64,000 nucleotides of DNA from Chloroflexota bacterium (GTDB taxonomy: Bacteria > Chloroflexota > UBA11872 > VXNJ01): NCBI GenBank assembly GCA_965261345.1, contig OZ253449.1:608001-672000 (forward strand). Reading direction: 5' to 3'. Positions 1 to 9,981 of the stretch are shown piece after piece (the first letter of the stretch is position 1; each line of letters begins with the position of its first letter). Position numbers and translations under genes: made by a program. The notes beneath the pieces were generated by a model that saw nothing but the letters and a program-made list of their open reading frames with translations, was not told where the DNA came from and searched no databases.

Positions 1-444
1 ACCAAGGCAATCCGTACGGGACAGACGACCAAAAAGCAGTTTGAATTCATAACCGTGCTGCGCCTTACCAAAGCCTCGCACGGCAACGCGGCCGGTCTGG
101 GACAGGCGCAATTTACCACCCGCCAGCTGGTTGACGATGTCGACTGGAACGACACCTACGTGAATATGCTCACCGCCATGGTGCCCGACTCCTGCCCGAT
201 GATCTTTGATGGCGATCGGGCCTGCTTAGACATCGCTCTTTCGATGGCCAAGCGAAGGGCCAGCGCCGATCGCACCGATATCAAGGTCATGCGAGTCATC
301 AACACGATGGAGATATCGCATTTCTGGGCATCGTTGGCGTTGGCCGGCGAGATCGAAGCAGCCGGGCGAGCCGAAGTCGTGGGCCCGGCGCCGGGGTTTA
401 CCTTTTCCGAGGGCGGCGACTTTATCGGGCTACGCTCGATTTGA
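1..444 (+). CDS. LarA/DUF2088-like (lactate racemase superfamily) protein, C-terminal part, truncated by window edge
   Basis: Frame open from base 1; motifs LTKASHGNAAGLG, TTRQLVDDVDWNDTYVN and PMIFDGDR recalled as typical of this family's C-terminus. Confidence 0.6.
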   Translation, partial: TKAIRTGQTTKKQFEFITVLRLTKASHGNAAGLGQAQFTTRQLVDDVDWNDTYVNMLTAMVPDSCPMIFDGDRACLDIALSMAKRRASADRTDIKVMRVINTMEISHFWASLALAGEIEAAGRAEVVGPAPGFTFSEGGDFIGLRSI

Positions 445-486
445 ACTGATGCCGCGCCGCTAGCTCGCGGCACCGGCACCTCACAA

Positions 487-1671
487 ATGCTTCAACCCGC
501 TGCCGGAATTGGGCGTTATCGATTAACGATCGGTTGTCAGTGCCTGGCTTTCATGTTGTTTGGCGTATCGATAACCATCATCGGGCCGCTGTTGCAGCCG
601 GTTCGTGAGGAGTTTGCGGTATCCAATGTGACGATCGGATTAATAGCCGTTTATTCATCCGGGGCGCACATAGCCGGAACCCTGCTCGGATCGTACTTCT
701 CCGACCAGTTCGGCCGCCGGCTTTTCGTGGTCGGGGGCCCGATCACGCTCGGTTGCGGGCTCCTTATCGCCGGCCTCGCGCCAACAATCCAAATACATCT
801 TTTGGGCGGAGCGGTCCTCGGTCTAGGCCTTGGCCTGCTAGACGGTCCCTGCAACGCCCTGCTCATCGACATCGCCGGGGCCAGGTCGGCGAGGATGCTC
901 AACATCGTCCACGGCGTTTTCGGGCTCGGTGCGGTGGTTGGCCCGCTGCTGGCCGCGGTGGTCTACGCAAGCACCGGCGATTGGCGCCCGGTCTACATTG
1001 GACTCGCGGTCGCCTGTGTATTGGCCGCCGTCCCATTCCTCTTCGCCCCGATGCCGGCCAAAACGGTCGACCGGATTGGTGGATGGCGGATAAGCCGGGT
1101 GTTGAGTATGCACATCGGAATGATCATGGCGGCCCTCTTTTGCGCAGTGGCGATCGAAATGACGTATCAGTTCTGGTTGCCCAGTTTTCTTGAATTGGAG
1201 CGCGGCTACGAACGCGCGCTGGCGGCCGGTTCACTGACCCTGATTTCAATCGGCCTGGTGGCCGGCCGCGCCCTGACGGCCCTGGCCGCCAGCCGCTGGG
1301 ACCACTACTGGATTCTGGCGATCGGCATGGCCCTGTGCGCGATTACCGCCGGCGCCGCCATGCTCCCGATCCCGCAAGCGCTGTCGCTAGTATTTTTCGG
1401 GTTGTCGGCGCTCCTGGTTGCCGGCGGATTCCCGATGGCGGTGTCTCTGGGTACCGCCAACGTCGGTCCCAACGTGGGGGCGGCCACCGGGATCGTCATT
1501 TCGGCGGCCGGTGCCGCCGGGATAATATTTCCGCCTACGGCGGGAGTACTGGCAGAGAACGGGCAGCTTGAATTAGTGATGCTGATCCCGGTTCCGGTCG
1601 CGCTGGCCGGAGCCGCCTGCGTGCTGTACGCACGAAAACTTAGGCGAATCCCCATACAGCTATCGCGATGA
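487..1671 (+). CDS. MFS transporter
   Basis: 394 aa, about 12 hydrophobic segments, motif A GSYFSDQFGRR. Confidence 0.9.
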   Translation: MLQPAAGIGRYRLTIGCQCLAFMLFGVSITIIGPLLQPVREEFAVSNVTIGLIAVYSSGAHIAGTLLGSYFSDQFGRRLFVVGGPITLGCGLLIAGLAPTIQIHLLGGAVLGLGLGLLDGPCNALLIDIAGARSARMLNIVHGVFGLGAVVGPLLAAVVYASTGDWRPVYIGLAVACVLAAVPFLFAPMPAKTVDRIGGWRISRVLSMHIGMIMAALFCAVAIEMTYQFWLPSFLELERGYERALAAGSLTLISIGLVAGRALTALAASRWDHYWILAIGMALCAITAGAAMLPIPQALSLVFFGLSALLVAGGFPMAVSLGTANVGPNVGAATGIVISAAGAAGIIFPPTAGVLAENGQLELVMLIPVPVALAGAACVLYARKLRRIPIQLSR

Positions 1672-1678
1672 CTCGACC

Positions 1679-2674
1679 ATGACGGGAACCAACGAGTGCG
1701 TTTTGGCGGTTGATTTCGGTGGAACCCGGATCAGGGCGGCCATCGTAAACCGCGACGGGTCGATCTTCGGCGAGCACTACGGAGAAACCGGCGAAGGGCG
1801 AATCGCAGACGTTGTCGGGCGGATCTCCGCGGTGATCGCGCGCGCGCATCGGGAGGCCCGCGCCGCCGGTCGGAGACCATCGATGATCGGAGTCGCCGCC
1901 CCGGGTCCAATCGACTTTGAACGCGGCGTGATCCTGACTGCGGTCAACATCGTCGGGTTCTGCGATGTTCCGCTGGCGCGGCTCATATCCGAGCGCTTCG
2001 GAGTCCCGGTATTCCTGCAAAACGACGCCAATGCCGCCGCCTTGGCCGAACATGAATTTGGCGCCGGTCGAGGATTTGATCACATGGTATACCTGACCGT
2101 TTCGTCTGGAATCGGAGCTGGGATCATTGCCAACGGACAGCTCCTTCAGGGAGCAACCGGCAATGCCGGCGAGGTCGGGCAGATGACAGTCGACCTAAAC
2201 GACCGCGTATACCTTTCGGGCTGCCGCGGAACGATGGAGGGCCAGGCCTCAGGCGATTACATGGCCCGCTACGCCGAGAGCCGGATAGATGCCGGGCAAA
2301 CATCCTTGTTGCAGGAGTACTACCAGAGCAACGGCGAACTCGACGGCAGGGCCATTGCCGAGGCAGCGCGCCAGGGCGATCCCTTGGCGAAAGCCACCTG
2401 GCAACGGGCTTTGGCCGGGTTGGGGGCCGGTGCGGTGAGTTTCATCCACGTTCTTAATCCGCAGATCGTCGTTGTCGGTGGCGGCGTGTCCAATGCCGGT
2501 GATATGCTGCTAGAGCCGATGCGCCAATACGTGGCCAGATGGGCAATGCCCGGATTCGCCGAGCATCTCACGATCGTTAGATCAACCCTCGGGGATAGTG
2601 TTTGCCTGAAGGGGGCCGCAGTCTGGGCTTGGAGATCCTACGCCGGGCAACCGGTGTTGGGGATTGACAGTTGA
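1679..2674 (+). CDS. ROK family sugar kinase (glucokinase-like)
   Basis: VDFGGT, NDANAAALAE, SSGIGAG, AGEVG and GGGVS motifs; no N-terminal HTH. Confidence 0.9.
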   Translation: MTGTNECVLAVDFGGTRIRAAIVNRDGSIFGEHYGETGEGRIADVVGRISAVIARAHREARAAGRRPSMIGVAAPGPIDFERGVILTAVNIVGFCDVPLARLISERFGVPVFLQNDANAAALAEHEFGAGRGFDHMVYLTVSSGIGAGIIANGQLLQGATGNAGEVGQMTVDLNDRVYLSGCRGTMEGQASGDYMARYAESRIDAGQTSLLQEYYQSNGELDGRAIAEAARQGDPLAKATWQRALAGLGAGAVSFIHVLNPQIVVVGGGVSNAGDMLLEPMRQYVARWAMPGFAEHLTIVRSTLGDSVCLKGAAVWAWRSYAGQPVLGIDS

Positions 2675-4302
2675 GAGAGCCAGTTAAACCGGCCCTGGTA
2701 GATTAGATCCTCAACCCACGGTTGAATCAGGAAGTGGTCGCCGCGGAAGAATAGCGGTAGAAGCGGCGCTTCGGCCACGATCTGGCGTTCGGCCGCCCGC
2801 AGCAGCGCCAGTCGATCCTGCCCCAGCCCGCGATCTTCCGCCTCGGCGATCAGGTCGTCAACAAACGCGGAAGCGTATTCGAAATGGTTTACAACGCTGG
2901 ATGATTCAAAAAGCGCGGACACGAAATTTTCGGGATCAAGGTAATCGGCGTACCAGCCCAGGGTGAACATCTGCATGCGCGGGTCGCTTGGACCATCGAG
3001 CAGATCGAGCACCTCACGCAATGTTGCGGCCCGGAAACGGACCTCAACGCCCAGGTTTTGCGAGAGCGTGTAGGCAATCGCCCGGTCGATGCCGCCGACC
3101 CACAGAGAGCGACCGATCGACGTAAAGATGATTTCTGGCAGTTCCTCGGCCGATCCGTAGGAGCTCTGCGCCAACAGTTCGCGCGCGCGCTCAGGATCAT
3201 AGGGATATGTTCCCGCCGAGCCGGCCAGGTAGCCCGGGATCCCCGGAGGGATGACACCGTCAGCGGGTTTGGCGGTGCCGTGGTTAATGAGAACGTTTAG
3301 CCGCTTAGTATCGATCGCCATGGCGAAAGCCTGCCGGACTAGGGGATCGTCAAACGGGGCGGTTGCGGAACGAAAACCGAGATAGGACAGCAGGGTTGCA
3401 TCGGTATCGCGTAGATGCGAGTTCAGCTCGTGGGTTGGATATCTAACCTGTTGGAGCGGTTCCCCGCCAACGAAGATCATGTCCAGGTTTCCGCGGCGAT
3501 AGGCATTGAAGGCATCGGCCCCGCCAACGGGGTGAAATTCGGCCCTGATCAAATTCGATTCGGACCCGGCGTGGTGATTGGGGTTGGCGATCAAGACGAT
3601 CGGCCCATTTGCGATGAATTGGGCAAGCACGAATGGCCCGCTGGAATTTGGTGAAACCCACCAGTCCGGTTCGGCGACCTGCCGCGGATCAACCACAAAG
3701 CTGGTCGGGTAAGTGAGCTTGTGGAGGAAGGCGGCCTTGGGGACCGTCAATTCGATCTGCACGGTCCTCGGATCGGGTGTCCGCAAGCCCGGCAGGTCCG
3801 GGCGCAGCCCGGCGCGGAATTCGCGCGCCCCCAGAATGTCGCCAAGGTAGGTCTCGGCCACCGGCGACGCGGTTGCTGGGGCGAGGGCGCGGCTTATTGA
3901 AAACACCACATCCTGGGCGGTGATTGGGCTCCCGTCGGCGAAGGCGGAATTCTCCCGCAGGGTGAAGGTATAGGTACGCAGATCCTCGGAAATTGTCCAG
4001 CTCTCGGCCAGGTCGCCGAGTACCTCGCCAATCGGTCCCCCGGTAACTAGCCCGGAATAGAGCAGGTCAATGTAAAAGCCCGATGATGAACTTCGGGTAA
4101 GCGCCGGATCGAGGGTGAGCGGACGCCCGTAAGCCATTCGAAAAACCTGAGGGGTCGGCGAACAAGTCTGGCTCTCGTCGGAATGCAGTTGGCCCCTGGC
4201 AATATCGGGCGGCCATCCGAGGATGATCAGCAGCGCCCCCAGCGCCAGTATCAACGCCGCCAACTTGACGTTCTTGACGGGTAATACGTTATTTAATTGC
4301 AA
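2638..4302 (-). CDS. Peptide ABC transporter substrate-binding protein (family 5); start uncertain
   Basis: LAESWTISEDLRTYTFTLR, FADGSPITAQDV, PFDDPLVRQAFAMAID, WYADYLDP; hydrophobic N-terminal segment. Confidence 0.9.
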   Translation of the reverse strand: MQLNNVLPVKNVKLAALILALGALLIILGWPPDIARGQLHSDESQTCSPTPQVFRMAYGRPLTLDPALTRSSSSGFYIDLLYSGLVTGGPIGEVLGDLAESWTISEDLRTYTFTLRENSAFADGSPITAQDVVFSISRALAPATASPVAETYLGDILGAREFRAGLRPDLPGLRTPDPRTVQIELTVPKAAFLHKLTYPTSFVVDPRQVAEPDWWVSPNSSGPFVLAQFIANGPIVLIANPNHHAGSESNLIRAEFHPVGGADAFNAYRRGNLDMIFVGGEPLQQVRYPTHELNSHLRDTDATLLSYLGFRSATAPFDDPLVRQAFAMAIDTKRLNVLINHGTAKPADGVIPPGIPGYLAGSAGTYPYDPERARELLAQSSYGSAEELPEIIFTSIGRSLWVGGIDRAIAYTLSQNLGVEVRFRAATLREVLDLLDGPSDPRMQMFTLGWYADYLDPENFVSALFESSSVVNHFEYASAFVDDLIAEAEDRGLGQDRLALLRAAERQIVAEAPLLPLFFRGDHFLIQPWVEDLIYQGRFNWLSQLSIPNTGCPA

Positions 4303-4374
4303 GAATGAATTGCCAATTAGGGAACTGACGCCAACGGTGTTTTCGTTTAGCAGCCGAGCGGTCGGTCGTCGCAA

Positions 4375-5847
4375 TTGAATTATCTTCTGGCCATTGATCA
4401 GGGCACCACCGGTACCACCGCCCTAGCGGTCGGGCCATCCGGGCGGGTGCTGGCCAGCAGCTACTGCCCGCTATCGGCCAGTTTTCCACGCGACGGATGG
4501 GTCGAACAGGACGCGGAACAAATCTACGAATCGGTCTTGTCGGCCGGTCGCCAATTGATCGCCGAGTTGGGATGCAAACCGGCCGGGCTGTCGATTACCA
4601 ATCAGCGCGAAACCACGGTGCTTTGGGATCGGGCGACCTCGCGACCGGTTGGTCCGGCAATTGTGTGGCAGGATCGCCGCACCGCTCCGCTTTGCGAACG
4701 GTTGATCCAAGCCGGAGCCACGGAATTGATCCGCGAGCGAACGGGCCTGGTGATCGACCCTTATTTTTCTGCCACCAAGATTGCCTGGCTGCTCGCCGCC
4801 GACCCGTGCCTGGCAGACCGGGCACGATCCGGCCGGGTGTGTTTTGGGACCGTGGATTCGTGGTTGATATGGAAGCTGACCGGCGGCCGCGAGCACGTAA
4901 TCGACGCGACCAATGCCTCGCGGACGATGCTGGCCCGCATTGACCCGCCGGCTTGGGACGACGACCTATTGGGCCTGCTCGATATTCCGCGCCAGATCCT
5001 GCCCGAGATAGTCCCCTCATCGGGCTGGAGCGCCCCAACCACCGAGTCGGGCCTGGCCCCGGGGACGCCGATCGCCGGTATTGCCGGCGACCAACATGCC
5101 GCACTGTTCGGGCAGGCCTGTTTTGTTCCAGGGCAGGTCAAGACAACCTACGGGACCGGTTGTTTTTGCTTGCTAAATACCGGGCCTCGTCCGGTTCAAT
5201 CGGGAAACCGCTTGCTTTCGACCTTGGCCTGGCAGATCGGGTCGGAGACGACCTACGCGCTGGAGGGGTCGGTGTTCATGGGCGGCGCGGTGGTGCAATG
5301 GCTCCGTGACGAAATGGGCCTGATCGATTCGGCCGCCCAATCGGAAGAGGTTGCGTCCACGGTCACCGACAGTGGCGGCGTCGTCTTGGTGCCGGCGTTC
5401 ACCGGACTGGGAGCCCCGCACTGGGATCCGCGCGCTCGGGCGGCGATTTTCGGGATGACCCGCGGATCCAATGCCGCCCACATCGTCCGGGCGGGGTTGG
5501 AGTCGATCGCCTTCCAAGTCAGTGACGTTATCGCAGCAATGTCCGAAGACGTCCAGGGTGGACTGACGCAGATGCGGGTTGATGGGGGAGCCGCCACCAA
5601 CAATCTGTTAATGCAAATGCAGGCCGATCTTGCCGGACTGCCGGTGATCAGGCCGGCTGTTATCGAAACCACCGGACTGGGCTCGGCGCTGTTGGCCGGA
5701 CTGACCCTTGGCTGGTGGGAAAACCTGGGTCAGCTCGAGGCGCTCTGGCGCGCCGATCGGCAGTTCGACCCGACCGAACCTGGCGATCTAGCGCCGCGCC
5801 GGGCGCGGTGGCGGCGAGCCCTGGAACGATCCAAGAACTGGGTTTGA
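4375..5847 (+). CDS. glpK: Glycerol kinase
   Basis: IDQGTTG, TNQRET, DPYFSATK, GDQHAALFGQ, PAFTGLGAPHWD; TTG start. Confidence 0.97.
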   Translation: MNYLLAIDQGTTGTTALAVGPSGRVLASSYCPLSASFPRDGWVEQDAEQIYESVLSAGRQLIAELGCKPAGLSITNQRETTVLWDRATSRPVGPAIVWQDRRTAPLCERLIQAGATELIRERTGLVIDPYFSATKIAWLLAADPCLADRARSGRVCFGTVDSWLIWKLTGGREHVIDATNASRTMLARIDPPAWDDDLLGLLDIPRQILPEIVPSSGWSAPTTESGLAPGTPIAGIAGDQHAALFGQACFVPGQVKTTYGTGCFCLLNTGPRPVQSGNRLLSTLAWQIGSETTYALEGSVFMGGAVVQWLRDEMGLIDSAAQSEEVASTVTDSGGVVLVPAFTGLGAPHWDPRARAAIFGMTRGSNAAHIVRAGLESIAFQVSDVIAAMSEDVQGGLTQMRVDGGAATNNLLMQMQADLAGLPVIRPAVIETTGLGSALLAGLTLGWWENLGQLEALWRADRQFDPTEPGDLAPRRARWRRALERSKNWV

Positions 5848-5901
5848 ACCAGGCGCCGGGGGGCGCAGGAATTCCCCGGCGGCACGGTCACGGTAGGGTG
5901 T

Positions 5902-7200
5902 TCAGGCGGTCGCGAGGACCTCGGCGAATTCGTCCTGGCCAGCAAACGGGCCCAACACCGCCAGGCGGTAGTCGGCAGGCCGGAGCACCCGCTGGGCCAC
6001 CCGCACTATATCGTCTCTGGAAACTGAACCAATCATCGCAATCGCCTCGGACAACGGCACCACTTTGCCCTGCAGGGCGGTTTGGCGACCGATCCAGGAG
6101 AGCACCCCGCGAGTATCCTCGGTGCCCAGGATCAGGCGTCCGCGCACGAATTCGCGCGCCCGTTCAAGTTCATCGGCGGCCAGGCCATCGCCCGCCTTGG
6201 AAAGCTCGACCGCGATCGCCCGCAGCGCGCTTACGGCTTTCTCAGGACTAACCCCGGCGTACACGCCGAAGTGGCCCTGATCGGAAGCAGCGTGCCAGTA
6301 GGCAAATACCGAATAGGCCAACCCCATCTGCTCGCGAATGCGCTGGAATAGCCGCGAACTCATCCCTTGTCCGAGGGCGGCGATGAGCAGATTGAGCGCA
6401 TAACGGTCGGGATCGTCCTGGGCCGGGGCCGGCATCGTCAGGAGCATATTTGCCTGCTCGGTGGGCCGCTCGCTCACCAGCACCCCTTGGCCTTGCGCCC
6501 GTCCGTCGGAATAGGATCTGGCGTCCGGGGCTTTCGGGCGTTGCCAGTTCCCGAACTCGCGTTCGGCTATCGCCACAACTTCGTCGTGCGAGGGACGCCC
6601 GGCAACCGCCACCACTGCGGCCGTCGGGTGGTAGCGATCGTTGACAAAACCGAGGATATCGCTGCGGCCGATGGCATTTAGGACATCGGCGGTTCCAGCG
6701 ATATCGCGCCCCATCGGGTGATTGGGATAGGTGATCCGGTCGGAAAGCAGCCCGGTCATTGACTGCGGATCGTCGTAGTACATATCGAGTTCTTCCAATA
6801 TGACCTGGCGTTCGCGATCGACGTCGTCGGGTGGAATCAGGTGTTCGGTAACCAGGGAGGAGATCACCCCGGCGCCCAGCTCAAACCGCGGAGCCGGGAC
6901 CTTGCACCAATACGTAACCAACTCCTTGCCGGTGGAGGCGTTCAGGACCCCGCCGACACCCTCGATCTGTTCGGAAATGAGGCGCGCATTGGGCCAGCGC
7001 TTGGTCCCTTTAAATACCAGGTGCTCGATAAAGTGCGAGATGCCGGCCTGCCGTTCAGTTTCAAAGCGCGAACCGGCGTTTAGCAGGACCGCGTAGGAAA
7101 CCGCCTGGGTGTTGGGCATGGTGGCCGATACCACCCGCAATCCATTCGCAAGCCGGCTGGTCTGGACCTGATCGATGGGATTGGCGGAAATGTCGAGCAT
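5902..7200 (-). CDS. M16 (pitrilysin) family zinc peptidase
   Basis: LANGLRVV, HFIEH inverted zinc motif, MSSRLFQRIREQMGLAYSV. Confidence 0.95.
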   Translation of the reverse strand: MLDISANPIDQVQTSRLANGLRVVSATMPNTQAVSYAVLLNAGSRFETERQAGISHFIEHLVFKGTKRWPNARLISEQIEGVGGVLNASTGKELVTYWCKVPAPRFELGAGVISSLVTEHLIPPDDVDRERQVILEELDMYYDDPQSMTGLLSDRITYPNHPMGRDIAGTADVLNAIGRSDILGFVNDRYHPTAAVVAVAGRPSHDEVVAIAEREFGNWQRPKAPDARSYSDGRAQGQGVLVSERPTEQANMLLTMPAPAQDDPDRYALNLLIAALGQGMSSRLFQRIREQMGLAYSVFAYWHAASDQGHFGVYAGVSPEKAVSALRAIAVELSKAGDGLAADELERAREFVRGRLILGTEDTRGVLSWIGRQTALQGKVVPLSEAIAMIGSVSRDDIVRVAQRVLRPADYRLAVLGPFAGQDEFAEVLATA

Positions 7201-7552
7201 TGCGAAGGTACTTGAGCTACGAGGCGTTCGGGCAACGGTTGTTGCCGGCGATTATCCCTGCCGCGGGCCCGCATTCTGCGTGCCAGGGCAAGGATTGGCA
7301 AATATGCGCAAGCCTTACTTGCGGCAACCGAACGGTCGGGGCGACAAGCCGCAGTTTACCTAGCTCAAAAATAGCCGCTGAATGGCCAACGGGCCCAACC
7401 GATCGGCGCGGCGCCGCCTAGGCGGCGCCAGGACCCCCGGGCGGCCCGCGCGGCGCGAGACCGGATCAAACCAGGCGGGTTCCGCTAGCGATTCGGACGG
7501 CCGACGGGACCGGAGGACCGGACGCGATTATTTATGGCGGCCGGACGCCTGC

Positions 7553-8089
7553 TTAGCGCCTCACTTCGCGCAGCAGGTGGGCCAGTTCGGGCAGCAAGAT
7601 ATCACCCAACGCGGTCGCGACCGCGTTGGGTGACCCCGGGGTGATAGCAACAATACGATCGCCGATTGATCCGGCCAATGCCCGGCTCAATATCGCCGCA
7701 GTTCCAATCTGGTCCCAGCTGATCCGCCGGAATGCTTCGCCATAACCAGGGATCACCTTGTCCAATCGTCCGGCTATGGTCTCGACCGTCTGGTCGCGCG
7801 CGCCCAGCCCTGTACCGCCTAGAAATATGAGGCAGTCGCAATCCGTGGACAGGAATTCATCAAGCGCCGCCTCAATTTCACGGGGCTCATCGCGCACCAA
7901 TTCAACCGGCATCGGGAAATGGCCGGCGGCCGCGACCAGGTCGGCAGCCACCCTGCCGGAAACGTCCGTCCGGGCAGTGCGGGTATCGGATACGACCACC
8001 AACTGGCAGCGGGCCGGAGGTATTGAGTCGGCCTCGATCCGGTGGTCTCTGGTCGATTCCGAACCGTCGGGTTGCCGGCGACCGGACAC
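7553..8089 (-). CDS. moaB: Molybdenum cofactor biosynthesis protein MoaB/MogA
   Basis: VSDTR, GGTGLGARDQTVE, IPGYGEAFR, LSRA, PGSPNAV; GTG at 8089 just after fbaB stop. Confidence 0.85.
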   Translation of the reverse strand: MSGRRQPDGSESTRDHRIEADSIPPARCQLVVVSDTRTARTDVSGRVAADLVAAAGHFPMPVELVRDEPREIEAALDEFLSTDCDCLIFLGGTGLGARDQTVETIAGRLDKVIPGYGEAFRRISWDQIGTAAILSRALAGSIGDRIVAITPGSPNAVATALGDILLPELAHLLREVRR

Positions 8090-8091
8090 GA

Positions 8092-9003
8092 TTAGAGCGC
8101 GTGAGCGCGCATTCGGTCTTTGATCTGGGCGATTATTGCCTTCGATGCCGAGCGTTCGCGTTGCCAAATATTGCGGCCATAGATGAATCCGCTGGCGCCG
8201 GCGGCCATCGAGACTTCGACCCGCTCCAACAGTTGGCTGTCGCTTACCCGCGAGCCGCCCGACATGATCACCAGCGAATGGCCGGCTGAACTCATGATCT
8301 GCTCTAGTGCCGCGGCCAGATCTGGCCAAACCATCGTGTCATAGGGCTTGGGGGCGTCCCTGACCGGACCGATCGATCCGTCAGCATTTTGTACCGGGTA
8401 GTTGACCTTGATCACATCGGCCCCGAGTTCGGTGGCAACCCGTGCGGCGTAGTCGATCGCGTACATGCTGTCACGCCCGCCCTTGCCGTCGATGTCGCTA
8501 CCGCGCGGATAAGCCCAGACCACAACCGGTATCCCGGCCCGCTCGGCCTCGAGCCGAACTTGCGAGAAATTCTCAAAGTCCAGTTCCTGTTGGGCCGAAC
8601 CGAAGTACAGGGTATAGCCAATCGCATCGGCTCCGATCCGGACGGCGTCCTCGACCCGTGCGGTCAACGGCGAACGCGGAGCGGCAGCGGGCGGAATTTC
8701 ACTCTTGCCGTTGATTTTCAGTATCAGCGGGACCGCCCCGGGGTAGCGGCCAATGTATTTGTTGGCCAACCCGTATTGAACGGCAATTGCGGAGTAGCCG
8801 GTTTCGGCCGCGAGCGAAAAAACGTAGTCGGGATTTAGGCTGTTGGGATTGACGAAGAAATCACGCGGCCCGTGCTCCATGCCCTGGTCGACCGGCAACA
8901 CCAGCAAGGTTGAGCCGCCGGGGCCGTAGTGATTGAGCATGCGTCCGAGTCGTACGCGTTTACCAACGCTTAGCTCTAGGTCGTTAAGGGTTGGTCTGGT
9001 CAT
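8092..9003 (-). CDS. fbaB: Class I fructose-bisphosphate aldolase (DhnA/FbaB type)
   Basis: LPVDQGMEHGP, WAYPRG, GADVIKVN (Schiff-base Lys), SGG, GRNIWQR. Confidence 0.9.
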   Translation of the reverse strand: MTRPTLNDLELSVGKRVRLGRMLNHYGPGGSTLLVLPVDQGMEHGPRDFFVNPNSLNPDYVFSLAAETGYSAIAVQYGLANKYIGRYPGAVPLILKINGKSEIPPAAAPRSPLTARVEDAVRIGADAIGYTLYFGSAQQELDFENFSQVRLEAERAGIPVVVWAYPRGSDIDGKGGRDSMYAIDYAARVATELGADVIKVNYPVQNADGSIGPVRDAPKPYDTMVWPDLAAALEQIMSSAGHSLVIMSGGSRVSDSQLLERVEVSMAAGASGFIYGRNIWQRERSASKAIIAQIKDRMRAHAL

Positions 9004-9032
9004 TAGGGCTCCGGAACAAACATTCCCTCAAA

Positions 9033-9914
9033 TTATCGCGAAAGGCCATTTCTCAACCCTGCAGTCGGGTCGGCTAGGGCGCTCAGGGCGCGCCAGTTTT
9101 GCGGCGGGCAGAGCGAGGTTCCAAGCGGGTTGTTCCCGCTGGCCGGGCCATGGTAATCGCTGCCGCCGGTCGGAATCAGATCAAATCGCCGGGCAAATTC
9201 CAGCGCCCAAGAGCGCTCACGATCGCAAAAGTCACCGTAATAAACCTCGAGCCCGACCAGGCCGTTGGAGCAGGCTTCCGGGAGCAATCCCTCAAGATCT
9301 AGCCGGCGGTTGTGGAAATCGTAGTAAGGGTGGGCAATCACCGCCAACCCACCGGCAGACCGGATTTTCCCAATTGCGTCGGCGACGGAGACCGGTTCGC
9401 CTCCGACATAGGCCGGAGCGTCATTGCCCAACCATCGCGCAAAAACCCGGTTCCAATCACTCTCGTATCCCGCCTCGATTACCGCCCTGGCGATGTGGGG
9501 ACGGCCGATCTGGGCGCCGGCGGCGATCTCGGCGACGCGGTCGAACGAAATCTCAACCCCGAGCTCGGCCAGCCGCGCGACCATCGCGCGCGCCCGACCC
9601 TGTCGGCTGTCGCGTTTGGCAGCATCGAGCCGTCGCATCGCCGGTGAGGCAGGATCGCAAAAGTAGCCGAGCAGGTGCACGGTCTGTTCGCGACCGTCTT
9701 CGGTGCGCCAATTGCTCGAAATCTCCACCCCTGCCACAACCTCGATGCCAAGTTCTCGGCCGGCCGACTGGGCTGCCCGGGTACCGGCCATGGTGTCGTG
9801 GTCGGTGACCGCGATCACCGCAAGTCCGGCGGCGGCGGCGGCGGCGGCCAGCGCCGCCGGCGCGAGTTCGCCATCACTGGCGGTGGTGTGAGTGTGTAAA
9901 TCTGCGCCGATCAT
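9033..9914 (-). CDS. PHP domain metal-dependent phosphoesterase
   Basis: DLHTHTTASDG, TDHD, GVEIS, HLLGY, AHP, GGSDYHG; ATG at 9914. Confidence 0.92.
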   Translation of the reverse strand: MIGADLHTHTTASDGELAPAALAAAAAAAGLAVIAVTDHDTMAGTRAAQSAGRELGIEVVAGVEISSNWRTEDGREQTVHLLGYFCDPASPAMRRLDAAKRDSRQGRARAMVARLAELGVEISFDRVAEIAAGAQIGRPHIARAVIEAGYESDWNRVFARWLGNDAPAYVGGEPVSVADAIGKIRSAGGLAVIAHPYYDFHNRRLDLEGLLPEACSNGLVGLEVYYGDFCDRERSWALEFARRFDLIPTGGSDYHGPASGNNPLGTSLCPPQNWRALSALADPTAGLRNGLSR

Positions 9915-9981
9915 TTCGCCCTGATTTGAATGGGGGCAAGCGCCCGCCGCATCGAATTGGGGCCGGCCGTAGGAGGATAGA

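Noticed and set aside
9828-9848. (GGC)7 microsatellite encoding poly-Ala in the PHP gene
   Set aside because: In frame, and motif spacing matches normal PHP proteins; no sign of expansion or phase variation
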